From positions 1-47,341 of the IMG/VR virus record IMGVR_UViG_3300045450_000074: 47,341 nucleotides of DNA. One strand, written 5' to 3'. The translations under genes and the position numbers were made by a program. Shown here piece after piece: positions 22,955-33,497 of the stretch; positions within the stretch are counted from its first letter, which is position 1, and the number at the start of each line of letters is the position of its first letter. Below the pieces are notes generated by a model. That model saw nothing but the letters and a program-made list of their open reading frames with translations, was not told where the DNA came from and did not search any database. The stretch comes from a virus.

Positions 22955-25900
22955 TTTCGACCTCTCGGCGCGCATTTCCCTCGACGCCTCCGACGTTGTT
23001 CGCGACGGCGCCGAGGGGGAGCGCGCGATCGAGGGGATCGGCAAGGCCTCCAAGGACGCCGCGGCCGGTTCCCGACAGCTCGAGACCGCTTCGGCCGCCG
23101 CCGCGAAGGCGCAAGCGACCGCCGCGACCGCCGCGACCAACAACGCGAAGTCCCTCGTCGACCTCGCCCGACAGGAGCGCGAAGCGGCCCGCGCCGCGCT
23201 CGACGCCGCCCGCCAGCGCGCCCAGGCGGAGGCCCGCGCCACGGCGCCGGGCCGTGTCACCCTCACCCCCTCGAACCCAAGCGTTACGCTATCGCCGGGC
23301 AGCGGCACGGCGGCGCGTGATGTGCAACAGGCGACGGCGGCGAATGAAGCTCTCGCCGCGGCGATCTTGCGCGCGGAGGCGGCGGAGGCTCGATTCGAGG
23401 CGGCATCGCGCAGCTCGGCGACGGCGGTCGCGGCGGAGGCGGCCGCGCAGGATCGGCTAGGCGCGTCGCTCGGCCGCACCACGGCGGCGGCGGCCACCCT
23501 CGTCGGCGCCGAGGCGAGCGCCGCGGCCGGCGCCGAGGAGTTGGCACGCGCGCAGAACGGGGCGGCGGCGGCGGCGGAGGCCGGGGCGCAGTCGAGCGCC
23601 CGCGCCGCGTCGACCGTCGCGGCTGCTCAGACGCGGGTTCAATCCGCGACGACCGGCGCGACCCGCGCGCACAACGAAAACGCTCGGGCCGCGAACGACA
23701 ACGCCGCCGCGGCCAATCGCGCAGCGTTCGGCGCCCGCAATCTCGGGCAACAGGTCGGCGACTTCGCGACACAGGTCTCCCTCGGGGGCAGCGTCGTGCA
23801 AGCCTTCTCGGCTCAGGTCGGGCAAGCGGGCTTCGCCATGTCTGAAATGGGCGGCAAGATCGGCGCGGTCGGCCGGTTCCTCACCGGGCCTTGGGGCGTG
23901 GCGCTCACGGTCGCGTCGCTCGTGCTGGCACCGTTCGTGTCAAAACTGTTCGAGGGCGGCAACGCCGCGGAGGAACAGGCGAAGCGGCTCGATCAGGCGG
24001 CCCAGGCGGCGGACAGCTATGGGAACGTGCAGTCGATCCTTGGCAAGATCATTGATTTGCAGACCGGCAAGATCAAGACGCAGAATGTCGCGCTGATCCA
24101 GCAAATCAAGCTCCTCGCCCAAGCGAATATTCTCAAGGCGCAGAAGGAGCGCCAGACCCTACAGGACGGGGTCCGCGGCTTCGGCGAGGTGACGGGCGGC
24201 GAGACGTTCGAGGATATCGGCGGCGCGGCGGCGTCGGCGAATCCGTTGCTCAATTTCGTGAACAACGCCCTTCGCCGCGGCCAGCAGATCGGCCCGCTCA
24301 AGAAGGTCCTTGAGGACTATATCCAGCTCACCAACACGCCGGGCGTGTCGCAAACCGCGTTGGATCGCGGGCTTGTGGCGACGACGCGGGCGCTGGACGG
24401 CCTCTCGCGTGCCGGCCGCATCGGCAAGCGAGACCTGATCGACGCGAAACAGGCGGTTCTATCGCTGGCGACCAACCTCAACGACGAGGACGCGAACAAG
24501 CTCGCGCTCCGCGCCGCCAACGGTGAGCCGCTCGATCCGCTGCTCAAGCCGTACAAGGCAGACCCGAAGGCCAAGAAGCCGCCGAAACCCAAGAAGCCGA
24601 AGGTCGACACCACGACCCCGCGCGAGGCGGAGGATATCCAGCGGATCAACGAGGAGTTTGATCGAACCCCGACGCTGATCGACCGCGCGGCTCAGGCGAC
24701 CCGGAAACTCGACAAGATCATCGCCGACCTCTCCAAGCGTAAGCCGCCTGGGTTCGAGAAGCTGATCGCGGATGCGAACGCGGCAAAGGAGACGATCCAG
24801 ACCGGATTGCAGCGGCCCTATCTCGACTTCATCCGGGATCAGCAACAGGCGCTCGACGTCCAAAAGCTGCTCACCGCCGGGCGGGTTGACGAGGCGAACG
24901 CGCTCAAGACGGTCCAATCGCTACAGGCGACCATGGGGCCGCTTACCGACGCGCAGAAGGACGCGATTCTCGCGACGAACCAAGCGTTGCGCGCCGAGCA
25001 GCGTGAGCTTGACGTCGTGCGTGCCAAGAACGCGAAGTATGTCGAGGCCCTCGGCTCGATCAAGGGGATCGTCGAGGACGCGACCCAGGCGTTCGTCCGC
25101 GGGGACCTCGGGCAGCTCATTAAATCGCCGGGGAAGATCCTCGACGCGTTCCAGACGTTGCAGGGCCGCAAGCTGTTCGACGGCCTGTTTGGCGACGCAT
25201 TCCGGGACCTTGAGGATCAGGCGAACGGGACGTCGGTCGTCAAGGACGCCTCGGCGCGCATGGCGTCGGCGGTGGACAAGGCCTCGGCGTCGATCGCCAA
25301 GCTCGGCAGCGCGGCGGAGAGCGCGGCCGGCGCCGTTGCCGGAACCCCGGCGACGGGCGCGGCTGGCGGGACCACGACGAACGCCGAGGGCGATATCATC
25401 GTGACCGGCAAGCGCGACCCGATCGCGACCGCACTCGGCAGGGTCGGCGAGAAGGTCGCCGGCCTGTTCACAAACCCGGAAAACGCCGCAAGGATCGGGC
25501 AGTCGATCGGCAAATTTGCCGGTAAGGGCCTACAGGGAGCCGCTACCGGTTCCATTGTCGCCGGGGTGGGGAAGGCGCTCGGCGTGAACCTATCGCAGAC
25601 CGGTTCACAGCTCGGCGGAGCCGTTGGCGGAATATTGGGCGGGATCAAGGGCGTCACCTCCGCACTTGGGCCGCTTGGCGCCGCTCTTACCCCGGCGCTA
25701 TCGGTCCTCGGCGGTATTGTCGGAAAGCTGTTCGGTAAAACTAAGACCGCTTCGGCGGGCGTGATGATCTCCGACGGACAGGTTTCCGCGGGCGCTGCAA
25801 AGGGAACCTCCTCGCGGCTGGCTGGCGCGTCCGGCCTTGCGGGGTCGGTCTCCGACGGCATCGCTAATATTGCTCAGCAACTCGGCGCGCAGCTCACCGG

Positions 25901-26828
25901 CTCAACAAACGTAAAAATCGGCACGTACAAGGATCAAATCCGCGTCTCGACCAACGGGACACCGATCGGCGGCAAGGGGTCGTCGGGCGCGATCACGTTC
26001 AAGGACGAACAGTCGGCCGTCGAATATGCGATCAGGGATGCGATCTCCGATGGCGTGTTCGGGGGGTTGTCCGACGCCGTCGTGCGCGCGCTCAAGGGCA
26101 ACGCGGACATTGACAAGGCCGTGTCGGAGGCTCTCGGCGTCAAGGCGTTGGAGGCGCAGCTCGGCGGCACGAAGGACGCGATCAAGGCCGTCTTCGACGA
26201 GGAGGACAAATCCGCGAAGGAACGGTTGCGGCTGGCGCGGGCCTATGGTCTCGACGTCGCAGCCGTCGAGAAGCTCAACGCCGAACAGCGCACGAAGCTC
26301 GTCGACGACACGCTCAAGGCGCGGGTGGGATCGCTTTCGGAGTTCCTGAACAACCTCAAATTCGGCGACCTCGCGGAGGGGACCGCGGCCGACAAGCGGT
26401 CCGCGCTGCTCGATCAGATCAAGCAAGTCCAGAAGGATGCCGAGGCCGGCAAGGACGGCGCCGCGGATCAGCTCACCTCCCTCTATCAACAGCTCGTGAC
26501 GAACAGCCGGGACGCCTTCGGCACCGCCGGGCCGGAGTTCACGACCGATCGCAGCAACGCGCAGTCCGGCGTCGAGCGCGTGATCGCGATGGAGACGGAC
26601 CGGGTCAATCAGGCGGCCGGCATCACCGCGGCAGCGGCAGCGACGACGAGCGCGGTCCAGGCGGGCAATCAGTTGACGAGCGAGACGAATGATCTCCTCG
26701 CGCAGCAGACCGCCGAGCTTCGCGCGACGAACGCGCTCCTCGCCGGACGGATCGGCTATGGCGACAACGGCGCCGGGACCGATTATGGCATCACGGCCCG
26801 CCAGCCTAATAAGTTCGCCTTCCAGTAG
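22947..26828 (+). CDS. tape measure protein (1293 aa)
   Basis: Internal ATG of ORF 22815..26828. Ala/Gln-rich coiled coil with Gly-rich hydrophobic segments. Positioned after the chaperone pair. Confidence 0.9.
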   Translation: MADFDLSARISLDASDVVRDGAEGERAIEGIGKASKDAAAGSRQLETASAAAAKAQATAATAATNNAKSLVDLARQEREAARAALDAARQRAQAEARATAPGRVTLTPSNPSVTLSPGSGTAARDVQQATAANEALAAAILRAEAAEARFEAASRSSATAVAAEAAAQDRLGASLGRTTAAAATLVGAEASAAAGAEELARAQNGAAAAAEAGAQSSARAASTVAAAQTRVQSATTGATRAHNENARAANDNAAAANRAAFGARNLGQQVGDFATQVSLGGSVVQAFSAQVGQAGFAMSEMGGKIGAVGRFLTGPWGVALTVASLVLAPFVSKLFEGGNAAEEQAKRLDQAAQAADSYGNVQSILGKIIDLQTGKIKTQNVALIQQIKLLAQANILKAQKERQTLQDGVRGFGEVTGGETFEDIGGAAASANPLLNFVNNALRRGQQIGPLKKVLEDYIQLTNTPGVSQTALDRGLVATTRALDGLSRAGRIGKRDLIDAKQAVLSLATNLNDEDANKLALRAANGEPLDPLLKPYKADPKAKKPPKPKKPKVDTTTPREAEDIQRINEEFDRTPTLIDRAAQATRKLDKIIADLSKRKPPGFEKLIADANAAKETIQTGLQRPYLDFIRDQQQALDVQKLLTAGRVDEANALKTVQSLQATMGPLTDAQKDAILATNQALRAEQRELDVVRAKNAKYVEALGSIKGIVEDATQAFVRGDLGQLIKSPGKILDAFQTLQGRKLFDGLFGDAFRDLEDQANGTSVVKDASARMASAVDKASASIAKLGSAAESAAGAVAGTPATGAAGGTTTNAEGDIIVTGKRDPIATALGRVGEKVAGLFTNPENAARIGQSIGKFAGKGLQGAATGSIVAGVGKALGVNLSQTGSQLGGAVGGILGGIKGVTSALGPLGAALTPALSVLGGIVGKLFGKTKTASAGVMISDGQVSAGAAKGTSSRLAGASGLAGSVSDGIANIAQQLGAQLTGSTNVKIGTYKDQIRVSTNGTPIGGKGSSGAITFKDEQSAVEYAIRDAISDGVFGGLSDAVVRALKGNADIDKAVSEALGVKALEAQLGGTKDAIKAVFDEEDKSAKERLRLARAYGLDVAAVEKLNAEQRTKLVDDTLKARVGSLSEFLNNLKFGDLAEGTAADKRSALLDQIKQVQKDAEAGKDGAADQLTSLYQQLVTNSRDAFGTAGPEFTTDRSNAQSGVERVIAMETDRVNQAAGITAAAAATTSAVQAGNQLTSETNDLLAQQTAELRATNALLAGRIGYGDNGAGTDYGITARQPNKFAFQ

Positions 26829-26840
26829 GAGCCTCCCCCC

Positions 26841-29813
26841 TTGTCGACCGTCGTCCTCATTCAGGCGCAACCCCGCTTCCCTTCAACCGGCGCGGTGACG
26901 GACGTACGGCTCGCAGGGGGAGGGATGCCGGGCCGGCCGTACAACCAACTCGGCCTCATGGATTGGCGCTCGGGCATCGCCTCGCAACCGCGCTTCGCCG
27001 CGGCGATCGGCTTCGATCAAGGCGGGTTCAACGGCGGCGCGTTGCCACAGACCGGAAGCGTCCGATTCTTCCCGAGCGACAAGGCCTATCTCTCGGCGGT
27101 CGGCAACCTCCATTGGATCGGCGCGCGGATCACGATCAATATCGGCGATGACGAGGCGGCGGCGCCGAGCTATCCGCTCGCGTTCATCGGCACGGTTGCC
27201 GACGTCAAGGTCGACGGCGGCGCGCTCACGCTCACGCTGGCCGACCTCTCGCTCGACCTCGGCAAGCCGGTTTGCCCGGACACCTTCGCCGGCACAGGCG
27301 GCGCCGAGGGCGGCGACGACGCGACCGGCCGGGTCAAGCGGCGCACGTGGGGTTATGCGTTCAACGTCGAGGGCCGCCTCCTCGACAAGGCCTATTCGAT
27401 CTATGAATTCGGCGATCCCGGCCGGCCGCTCATGGGTTTCCCCATGGTCAAGGATAAGGGCCGCGAGGCGGGGTCGTATGTCGATCTCGCGTGGCAGGGG
27501 AGCGTTGCCGCCACCCTCACCGCCCTCCGCAACGCCACGGCGCCCTCCGGCGGCTGTGTGCGCGCACCGTCGATCGCCGCGGTCAAATGGTGGACGACCC
27601 CGGCCGGGCCGCTCACCGCCGATATCCAGGGCGAGGGCGCCGGCTATCCGACCACAGGTCCCGATATCGCGAGCGCGATCGTCGTCGGCGCCTCCCCGGT
27701 CATCGGCATCGGCAACAAGGCCGAGGCGAACGGCTGGCAGGGCGCCGTTTGCGGCATCCATTGCGACAGCTCGTCGGAGAGCTTCGCCGACCTCCTCGAC
27801 CGCCTCCTGATCCCGATCTCGATCGCGTGGACGCTCGGCGCCGACGGCATCCTATCGTTTCGGTTGCTGCAATGGGGCGCCGGGATCGAGACCCTCGCGG
27901 CCGACACGATCGCGCGCGACGCCACGTTCGCCCCGCTCAAGTCGCGCCGGCTCGGGTTCCAGCGCAACTATCGAGAGCATAGCGACGCCGAGATTTCCGC
28001 CGTGCTGCTCACCGCGACGGACGCCACCTATGCGGACGGGACGCCGATCGAGGCGCTCAAGCCGGCGGTGGCCGGCGCCGACGTCACCGCGGCGAACACG
28101 GCCGCCGCGATCGTCGGGCAGGGGCCGGGCGCCACCGCCGCGGGGACCGCAGTCCTCAACAATCAAATCTCCATCGGCGCCGACGGCCGGATCATCAACG
28201 CGGGCGGCGGGCAAGTCACCTATGCCGGCGTTGGCGGGAAACAGCTCGGCCTCCTCGATAATCTGTTCTTCGGGTCGCCCTATTTCCTCGAAACGTCCGG
28301 CGGGACTGGCGCGACCCTCAACGCGTTCAAGACGATCCTTGGCACGGCCAACGCGTTTCTAAATCAGGGCGCGTTCGCGACGCTCAACTCGGCCGCCTAT
28401 GGGTCGTCTCTGCTTACCGGGTTCGGCGCGCTGGCGCCGCTTGCCAACATCGCGTTCGGCTCCTCTTACCTCCTCGAATCGTCGGGCGGCGCATCGGCGA
28501 GCCTTGCCAATTTCAAAACGAATCTCGGCGTGGCGTCGTCGATCACCGGGCAGGGCGGCCTAGCGACGGCCAGCAACATCAACAACGACGGGCAACTTGC
28601 CGGGGTTATTGCAAGCCGCATAGGGCCATCGCCGGCCGACTCCAATTTTCTATCAGCCGCTCGCATGGCATGGACCGACGGCGACACGGTGCAAGCGTTC
28701 AAGCCACAGGACAAAGGCGCCAACGTAACGGAAAGTCGTATTTCCTCGGGGATAATCAACCAGGGATTTGGAGCCACGGCAAGTCGCGCAGTTGTCGATA
28801 ATTCTTTTGTCGCGCGGGGAGCAAATCTTGTTACCAATAGCGACCAAAACGCAAACATAAGTCTATACATGGCTGCCATTGTTGATGGGGCGACGTTTGA
28901 TCCCAACAACACTCTTGTTTATGCGTCTTCAATTTGGGGGACCGACACATTCGCGCTTCCCGGACGGACGAAAAACATATTTCTTCGGCAGAGCAATAGG
29001 GGTGTTAACGACGTTGCCGCTGATATTGGCATAAGGGATCAGCGGACGGGAGCGGAGCTAAGGATAACCTGTGGCCCCGGTGATAGAATTATTGGAAGCG
29101 TGTTTGTCGCTCAGCATCGATGCGACATGCAAGTTTATGTTAGCTTCATAGACGGTAGCGGCAACACGATCGTTTCTTCCCTTGGGACTACTACGACGTC
29201 GACCGACACCAACGCAAATATTTTGGCATCGCCTTATTACAGGCGACCTTTTGCTATTGGCGTGGCGCCCGCTGGTACCGCGCAATGCCGTATGATTATC
29301 CGAAAGTTCAACACCTATCCGGGTCAGTCCGACAGCTCAATTTGGATTGCCGGACCAATGCTAGAGCGAGCCGGCTCTTTGCAAGATGCGCCGTCTCCTT
29401 ACTCGGCAGGGCCAATAGCTGCGCCGTCCGAAGTTGGTTATTTAGGCGACCTAGATGCAAATAACACTCAACGTAACCAATCGGCCAGTTTTGCCGGTCA
29501 GGGTTCATTCGCCACGTTAAGCTATCTCAACCGCAGCAACGTTTCATCGTACCTCAATTACAACGCGCTTTCGCTCAATTACACGATCACAAGGCAGGAC
29601 GGGACGTCGATCGTCACGGAAAACCTCGCGATTACGCAGCTCGGTATAGCGGCCGGGTTTACAAATCAGGGCGCGCTGGCGACCAAGAACAAGGTCGGCG
29701 GCAACGACTTCGACGTGTCGTACAACGGGCAGGGCGGCCGGGTTGAACGCGACGGCAACGGCACGCGCATCTATGGCAACAACGGCCAATTGCGCGTCAA
29801 GACGGGGTTCTGA
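26841..29813 (+). CDS. tail fibre / host-specificity protein (990 aa)
   Basis: TTG start with an AGGAG RBS. Has recurring (N/G)QG.(F/L)AT motifs and a jelly-roll-like, lower-GC C-terminal part. Confidence 0.75.
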   Translation: MSTVVLIQAQPRFPSTGAVTDVRLAGGGMPGRPYNQLGLMDWRSGIASQPRFAAAIGFDQGGFNGGALPQTGSVRFFPSDKAYLSAVGNLHWIGARITINIGDDEAAAPSYPLAFIGTVADVKVDGGALTLTLADLSLDLGKPVCPDTFAGTGGAEGGDDATGRVKRRTWGYAFNVEGRLLDKAYSIYEFGDPGRPLMGFPMVKDKGREAGSYVDLAWQGSVAATLTALRNATAPSGGCVRAPSIAAVKWWTTPAGPLTADIQGEGAGYPTTGPDIASAIVVGASPVIGIGNKAEANGWQGAVCGIHCDSSSESFADLLDRLLIPISIAWTLGADGILSFRLLQWGAGIETLAADTIARDATFAPLKSRRLGFQRNYREHSDAEISAVLLTATDATYADGTPIEALKPAVAGADVTAANTAAAIVGQGPGATAAGTAVLNNQISIGADGRIINAGGGQVTYAGVGGKQLGLLDNLFFGSPYFLETSGGTGATLNAFKTILGTANAFLNQGAFATLNSAAYGSSLLTGFGALAPLANIAFGSSYLLESSGGASASLANFKTNLGVASSITGQGGLATASNINNDGQLAGVIASRIGPSPADSNFLSAARMAWTDGDTVQAFKPQDKGANVTESRISSGIINQGFGATASRAVVDNSFVARGANLVTNSDQNANISLYMAAIVDGATFDPNNTLVYASSIWGTDTFALPGRTKNIFLRQSNRGVNDVAADIGIRDQRTGAELRITCGPGDRIIGSVFVAQHRCDMQVYVSFIDGSGNTIVSSLGTTTTSTDTNANILASPYYRRPFAIGVAPAGTAQCRMIIRKFNTYPGQSDSSIWIAGPMLERAGSLQDAPSPYSAGPIAAPSEVGYLGDLDANNTQRNQSASFAGQGSFATLSYLNRSNVSSYLNYNALSLNYTITRQDGTSIVTENLAITQLGIAAGFTNQGALATKNKVGGNDFDVSYNGQGGRVERDGNGTRIYGNNGQLRVKTGF

Positions 29814-29816
29814 TCG

Positions 29817-30128
29817 GTGCTGCAAACGTGGGCGGAGGACGGCACGCCAATGCTCCGGCTGGGCGATCGCATTATGAAGTTTGCCGGCATCGCGTCGGTC
29901 GGTTGGAGCTACACGGGCGGCGCACAGTCGGGAACGATCGTTGACGGTCGGTTCACCCAATATCCAGGGTGCATCCCGATCGCCTTCGTCATCGCCGGCG
30001 CGATCGACACCCGCGGCGGCGGCGTGCGCTTTTCGTTCAACGGCAACACGCTGACTTGGTCGTATCCGATCAGCGCTTCGCAGGCGTACGCCCGCCGGGA
30101 TGCCACCTTCGTTTACGGGATATTCTGA
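29817..30128 (+). CDS. hypothetical tail-associated protein (103 aa)
   Basis: ORF track (GTG start). Lies in the lower-GC patch after the fibre gene. Confidence 0.5.
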   Translation: MLQTWAEDGTPMLRLGDRIMKFAGIASVGWSYTGGAQSGTIVDGRFTQYPGCIPIAFVIAGAIDTRGGGVRFSFNGNTLTWSYPISASQAYARRDATFVYGIF

Positions 30129-30892
30129 TGGCCGACGCTGTTGACGAAATCTACGACGAGTCGGGCCGTCTATGCGTCAGCGCTTTGATGCTAAGCTTCG
30201 TCTGCCGACGCACCGGCACCGGCACCTCTCGATCGCGGATCACCGGCAACACCGCGCCGTCGTCGTTGGAGGTCGACGTGTCCGGCATCGCGCAGCCAAT
30301 GGTCGCGATCATCATGGACGGCTATGTAGTGGCCGTCGCCGGTCGCTCCGGCAGCAATTCGCAGAACGTCAGTTTTGCGTGCTCCGCGCCGGTCGGTGTC
30401 GGGTTCACCTATTATATTTTCGATTGGACCACTGCGCTTCCAGCTTCGAATGGACTGCGGCAAATGTGGAATGAAGCCGGGCAAAAGACGTTTGACTCGA
30501 ATTTCTGGCCGATGAAAATTGTTGCGGGTCTATCGGGAGGTTCGGGCGACCAATTGAGCGCGGTGCCGGGGATCAAGTTTGCCGCGGCCTGTTCCGCACT
30601 TGGCGGTCATTCAATTCCGGGCGAAGCCGCGTGCTACGACAGCGGAAATCCTAATTTCGACGACCTCACGACCTGTAACAACATTCAAGCCCGCATTGAC
30701 GGCAAGCTCTATGGCGGGCGAACCGACAGCGGCGGCTCGCGTGTAACTGCGGGGCAAGTTTCATACGACGACGTACTCGGGTCGTATGGCAATTATTCCA
30801 GCTATCAGCAGAACGGGGGCGGGTGGGAAATCGCCAATCTCATTTTGGTTGTCGACGTCACGAGCATCCCGGTGGGCGTGACCTTCTTCTAG
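30128..30892 (+). CDS. hypothetical tail-associated protein (254 aa)
   Basis: Internal ATG of ORF 29969..30892 (TGATG junction). Lower GC. Confidence 0.6.
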   Translation: MADAVDEIYDESGRLCVSALMLSFVCRRTGTGTSRSRITGNTAPSSLEVDVSGIAQPMVAIIMDGYVVAVAGRSGSNSQNVSFACSAPVGVGFTYYIFDWTTALPASNGLRQMWNEAGQKTFDSNFWPMKIVAGLSGGSGDQLSAVPGIKFAAACSALGGHSIPGEAACYDSGNPNFDDLTTCNNIQARIDGKLYGGRTDSGGSRVTAGQVSYDDVLGSYGNYSSYQQNGGGWEIANLILVVDVTSIPVGVTFF

Positions 30893-30963
30893 CGCGCGTT
30901 GTGCGGCGGGCGGGGGTGGAATATGACACCTCCGCCAACCCGCCACACAACGGAGCGAAATCC

Positions 30964-31434
30964 ATGGCATTGCAGACCTTCGACGGCATCCCCGACGTAA
31001 ACCGGGCGATGCGCCGTTACCTCGTCCACGCGGAAACGCAGATGGGGAAAAAGAGCGCCGAGCGGAAGCTCGCTCAAGATACGTTCGACCGCCTCGAACA
31101 GCTCGCCGACAGCCCCTCGCCGGTGGACTCCATGGTCAACACCGCCGAGCTGCTCTATGCGCGCCGCAACGAGCTGGATACGGAAGGTCGCGGCCTCGCT
31201 TACGGCCTATTTTCCTACGCTTATCAGATGGGGTTCCACGGCCTCCGCGACGACAATCGCGGAATGCGGATCGCGCAGTCCATGGCGCGTGACGATGGCG
31301 AGGCTGGCGATTGGCCGGCCGCCGACACCGATCCCGGCGCCCGTCCGGAGTTCATCCGGCGCGAGGAGGAGGCCGCCCCCGCCGCCCCGCCTCCGCCGCC
31401 CGCCGCCGTCCAGCCCCCCGCGGCCGACGCGTAA
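30964..31434 (+). CDS. hypothetical protein (156 aa)
   Basis: Internal ATG of ORF 30823..31434 with a GGAG RBS. Confidence 0.6.
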   Translation: MALQTFDGIPDVNRAMRRYLVHAETQMGKKSAERKLAQDTFDRLEQLADSPSPVDSMVNTAELLYARRNELDTEGRGLAYGLFSYAYQMGFHGLRDDNRGMRIAQSMARDDGEAGDWPAADTDPGARPEFIRREEEAAPAAPPPPPAAVQPPAADA

Positions 31435-31437
31435 GCC

Positions 31438-31803
31438 ATGGCCGGCACCGTCGAACCCGGATACGCCGCATGGCTCAAGGCGCCCGCGCGCTTTGTGACG
31501 ACGACGATCGCCGGGGCGGCGGCGACGTGGGGGGACAAGGCGCTCGACAGCGAGGCCGTGTCCCCCCTCGCATACAAGGCGGATGCTCAGGCCGAGGCGA
31601 CGCGACAGGCTCAGTTCCTTGCCGGCCCGCTCGTCCGCGATCGGATCACGGTTCCCGGCCTCCGCAAGGACCTCCTCGGCAAGAACGTGACGATCTACGG
31701 CGACCGCCTCGGCTATGAGAATGGCGCGACCGTGTTCGTCTTGAACGTCGGCGAGCAGGACGGAGCGCGCATGACGACCCTTACCGTCCTCAAGAGGCTG
31801 TAG
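31438..31803 (+). CDS. hypothetical tail protein (121 aa)
   Basis: ORF track. Tightly packed with its neighbours. Confidence 0.6.
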   Translation: MAGTVEPGYAAWLKAPARFVTTTIAGAAATWGDKALDSEAVSPLAYKADAQAEATRQAQFLAGPLVRDRITVPGLRKDLLGKNVTIYGDRLGYENGATVFVLNVGEQDGARMTTLTVLKRL

Positions 31804-31804
31804 C

Positions 31805-32566
31805 ATGGCGATCATTTCGATCCATCGGCCCTATCCGCCGGTCACGATCCCCACCGCAACGCCCAACCGGCGGTTCCTCTCGCCCGACCCGAAAGAGGCG
31901 ACAGCGGCGACGGTCATTTCGTCAACGCAATACGGCGTGGACGTCGACCTCGGCGCCGACAAGCCAATCACGAGCGTGTTCGCCGGCTATACGAATTTGC
32001 CGGCCGGGTGGACGGCGCAGATCACCGTCCGGACCGCCGGCAATGTGACGACCGATATCGAGACCTTCGTCGCTCGCTCGCGCGTCTCCGGCCTCGTGCA
32101 TGTCTATGCCGGCCTCCGTAGCGGCGCCGTCACCGCGCGATATGTGTTCGTGCGGTTCAATCGGCCGAGCAACCTCGCCGACGTCGCGATCACGGTCGGG
32201 ACGGTCGCGATCGGCGCGCAGACGCTTCGCCCCACCTGGGGACAGGAGTGGGGCGCGGGCCGCTCTATATTCGACACCGGCACCGCGGATCGTCTGTTCG
32301 GCGGCGGCTTCGGGATCGACGAGGGCGCCCGCGTTCCCGGCTATGCATGGACCCTCGGCGATCTACAGCCGGCCGAGATCGACGCGCTTTACGACCTGAT
32401 CCTCCAAGTTGGACAGACGCGGTCGATCCTTGTGATCGAGGATGATGACAACACGGCCGGCCTCTACGAGCGTACACACTGGGGGTTATTCCAGAAGCTC
32501 GACACTTATGAGAGGCTTGATCCGTTGAATACGAAATGGGCGTTGCAGATTGGCGATTGGGCATGA
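31805..32566 (+). CDS. hypothetical tail protein (253 aa)
   Basis: ORF track. Confidence 0.65.
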   Translation: MAIISIHRPYPPVTIPTATPNRRFLSPDPKEATAATVISSTQYGVDVDLGADKPITSVFAGYTNLPAGWTAQITVRTAGNVTTDIETFVARSRVSGLVHVYAGLRSGAVTARYVFVRFNRPSNLADVAITVGTVAIGAQTLRPTWGQEWGAGRSIFDTGTADRLFGGGFGIDEGARVPGYAWTLGDLQPAEIDALYDLILQVGQTRSILVIEDDDNTAGLYERTHWGLFQKLDTYERLDPLNTKWALQIGDWA

Positions 32567-33132
32567 CGGAAGCACGGGTCGCAGAGACGGTCGTAAGGGC
32601 CGGGACCGCCATGTCCCCTTATCCATCGAGCTTCGGCGATAATCCGTACCTTTACGCCCTCGCCTTGGCCGCCATCCTCGCAATCGCCGTGTTCGGTCTC
32701 ATCATTGCTGGATGGATGGTACGCGAGATATGGCGGTTCCGCTTCGTCGATCATCCCCGGTCGCTGGCGTTCCTTTACCGGATAATGATCCTGCTCGCGG
32801 CGTCGGCGGCCTTTGTCCGGTCGGCGCCCGAGGTCGTCTATATGACGATCTACGGCGACCCAGGCACCGACCCGAAAACCGTCGCGGCCGTCCTCACGAT
32901 CAAACGCGCCATGGACACAATCGCACTGCCGAGCGTCGCCGGCTGGATGGCGGTTTTCGTGGCGACTTATCCGTTCGTCATCATTGCGCTTCGCGACCGC
33001 ACGACCAAGACGATTGAGGTCGACCTCGTCGCGTTGTGGCCTCGCGCGGCACGCCCCCTTCTGATATTCCTATGCGTCATGCTGATCGCTTCTCTCATGG
33101 CGATTGCCAAGGGATACGGGATCGCACGATGA
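32563..33132 (+). CDS. multi-pass membrane protein (189 aa), lysis-cassette associated
   Basis: ATGA overlap. About four hydrophobic segments. Confidence 0.6.
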   Translation: MTEARVAETVVRAGTAMSPYPSSFGDNPYLYALALAAILAIAVFGLIIAGWMVREIWRFRFVDHPRSLAFLYRIMILLAASAAFVRSAPEVVYMTIYGDPGTDPKTVAAVLTIKRAMDTIALPSVAGWMAVFVATYPFVIIALRDRTTKTIEVDLVALWPRAARPLLIFLCVMLIASLMAIAKGYGIAR

Positions 33133-33497
33133 ACGGCGCAGGGACGGCGGCGAAGGTAACGACAGCCGTCGCGCCGGGAGTGTTTGTTGCGGCGGGGATG
33201 GCGATCCCGTTGGCATCCGCCGCCATCGCCGTCGCCGCCGTTCTCCTTGTCCGGGCGCCCGTCCTCAAGCTCAAGGTTGGCGAAATATCGCTCACCCTTC
33301 TCGGCATGCTCGGGGCGTTCGTCACCGTCGTCGATCACAGCATGCCGCCGGGGACAGCATTCTGGATCGGGATCGGCTTCGGCGGCATGGGGCAAGGCCT
33401 TGTTGAGGCCGGCAAATCGTCCATGGCCGCGACGCTCAAGGACCGCCTCGGCAAGGCAATGGGCGTGATCTTCAACACGAAAGGGCCGACCGAATGA
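33129..33497 (+). CDS. holin-like membrane protein (122 aa)
   Basis: ATGA overlap. Three hydrophobic segments. Immediately upstream of the endolysin. Confidence 0.6.
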   Translation: MNGAGTAAKVTTAVAPGVFVAAGMAIPLASAAIAVAAVLLVRAPVLKLKVGEISLTLLGMLGAFVTVVDHSMPPGTAFWIGIGFGGMGQGLVEAGKSSMAATLKDRLGKAMGVIFNTKGPTE

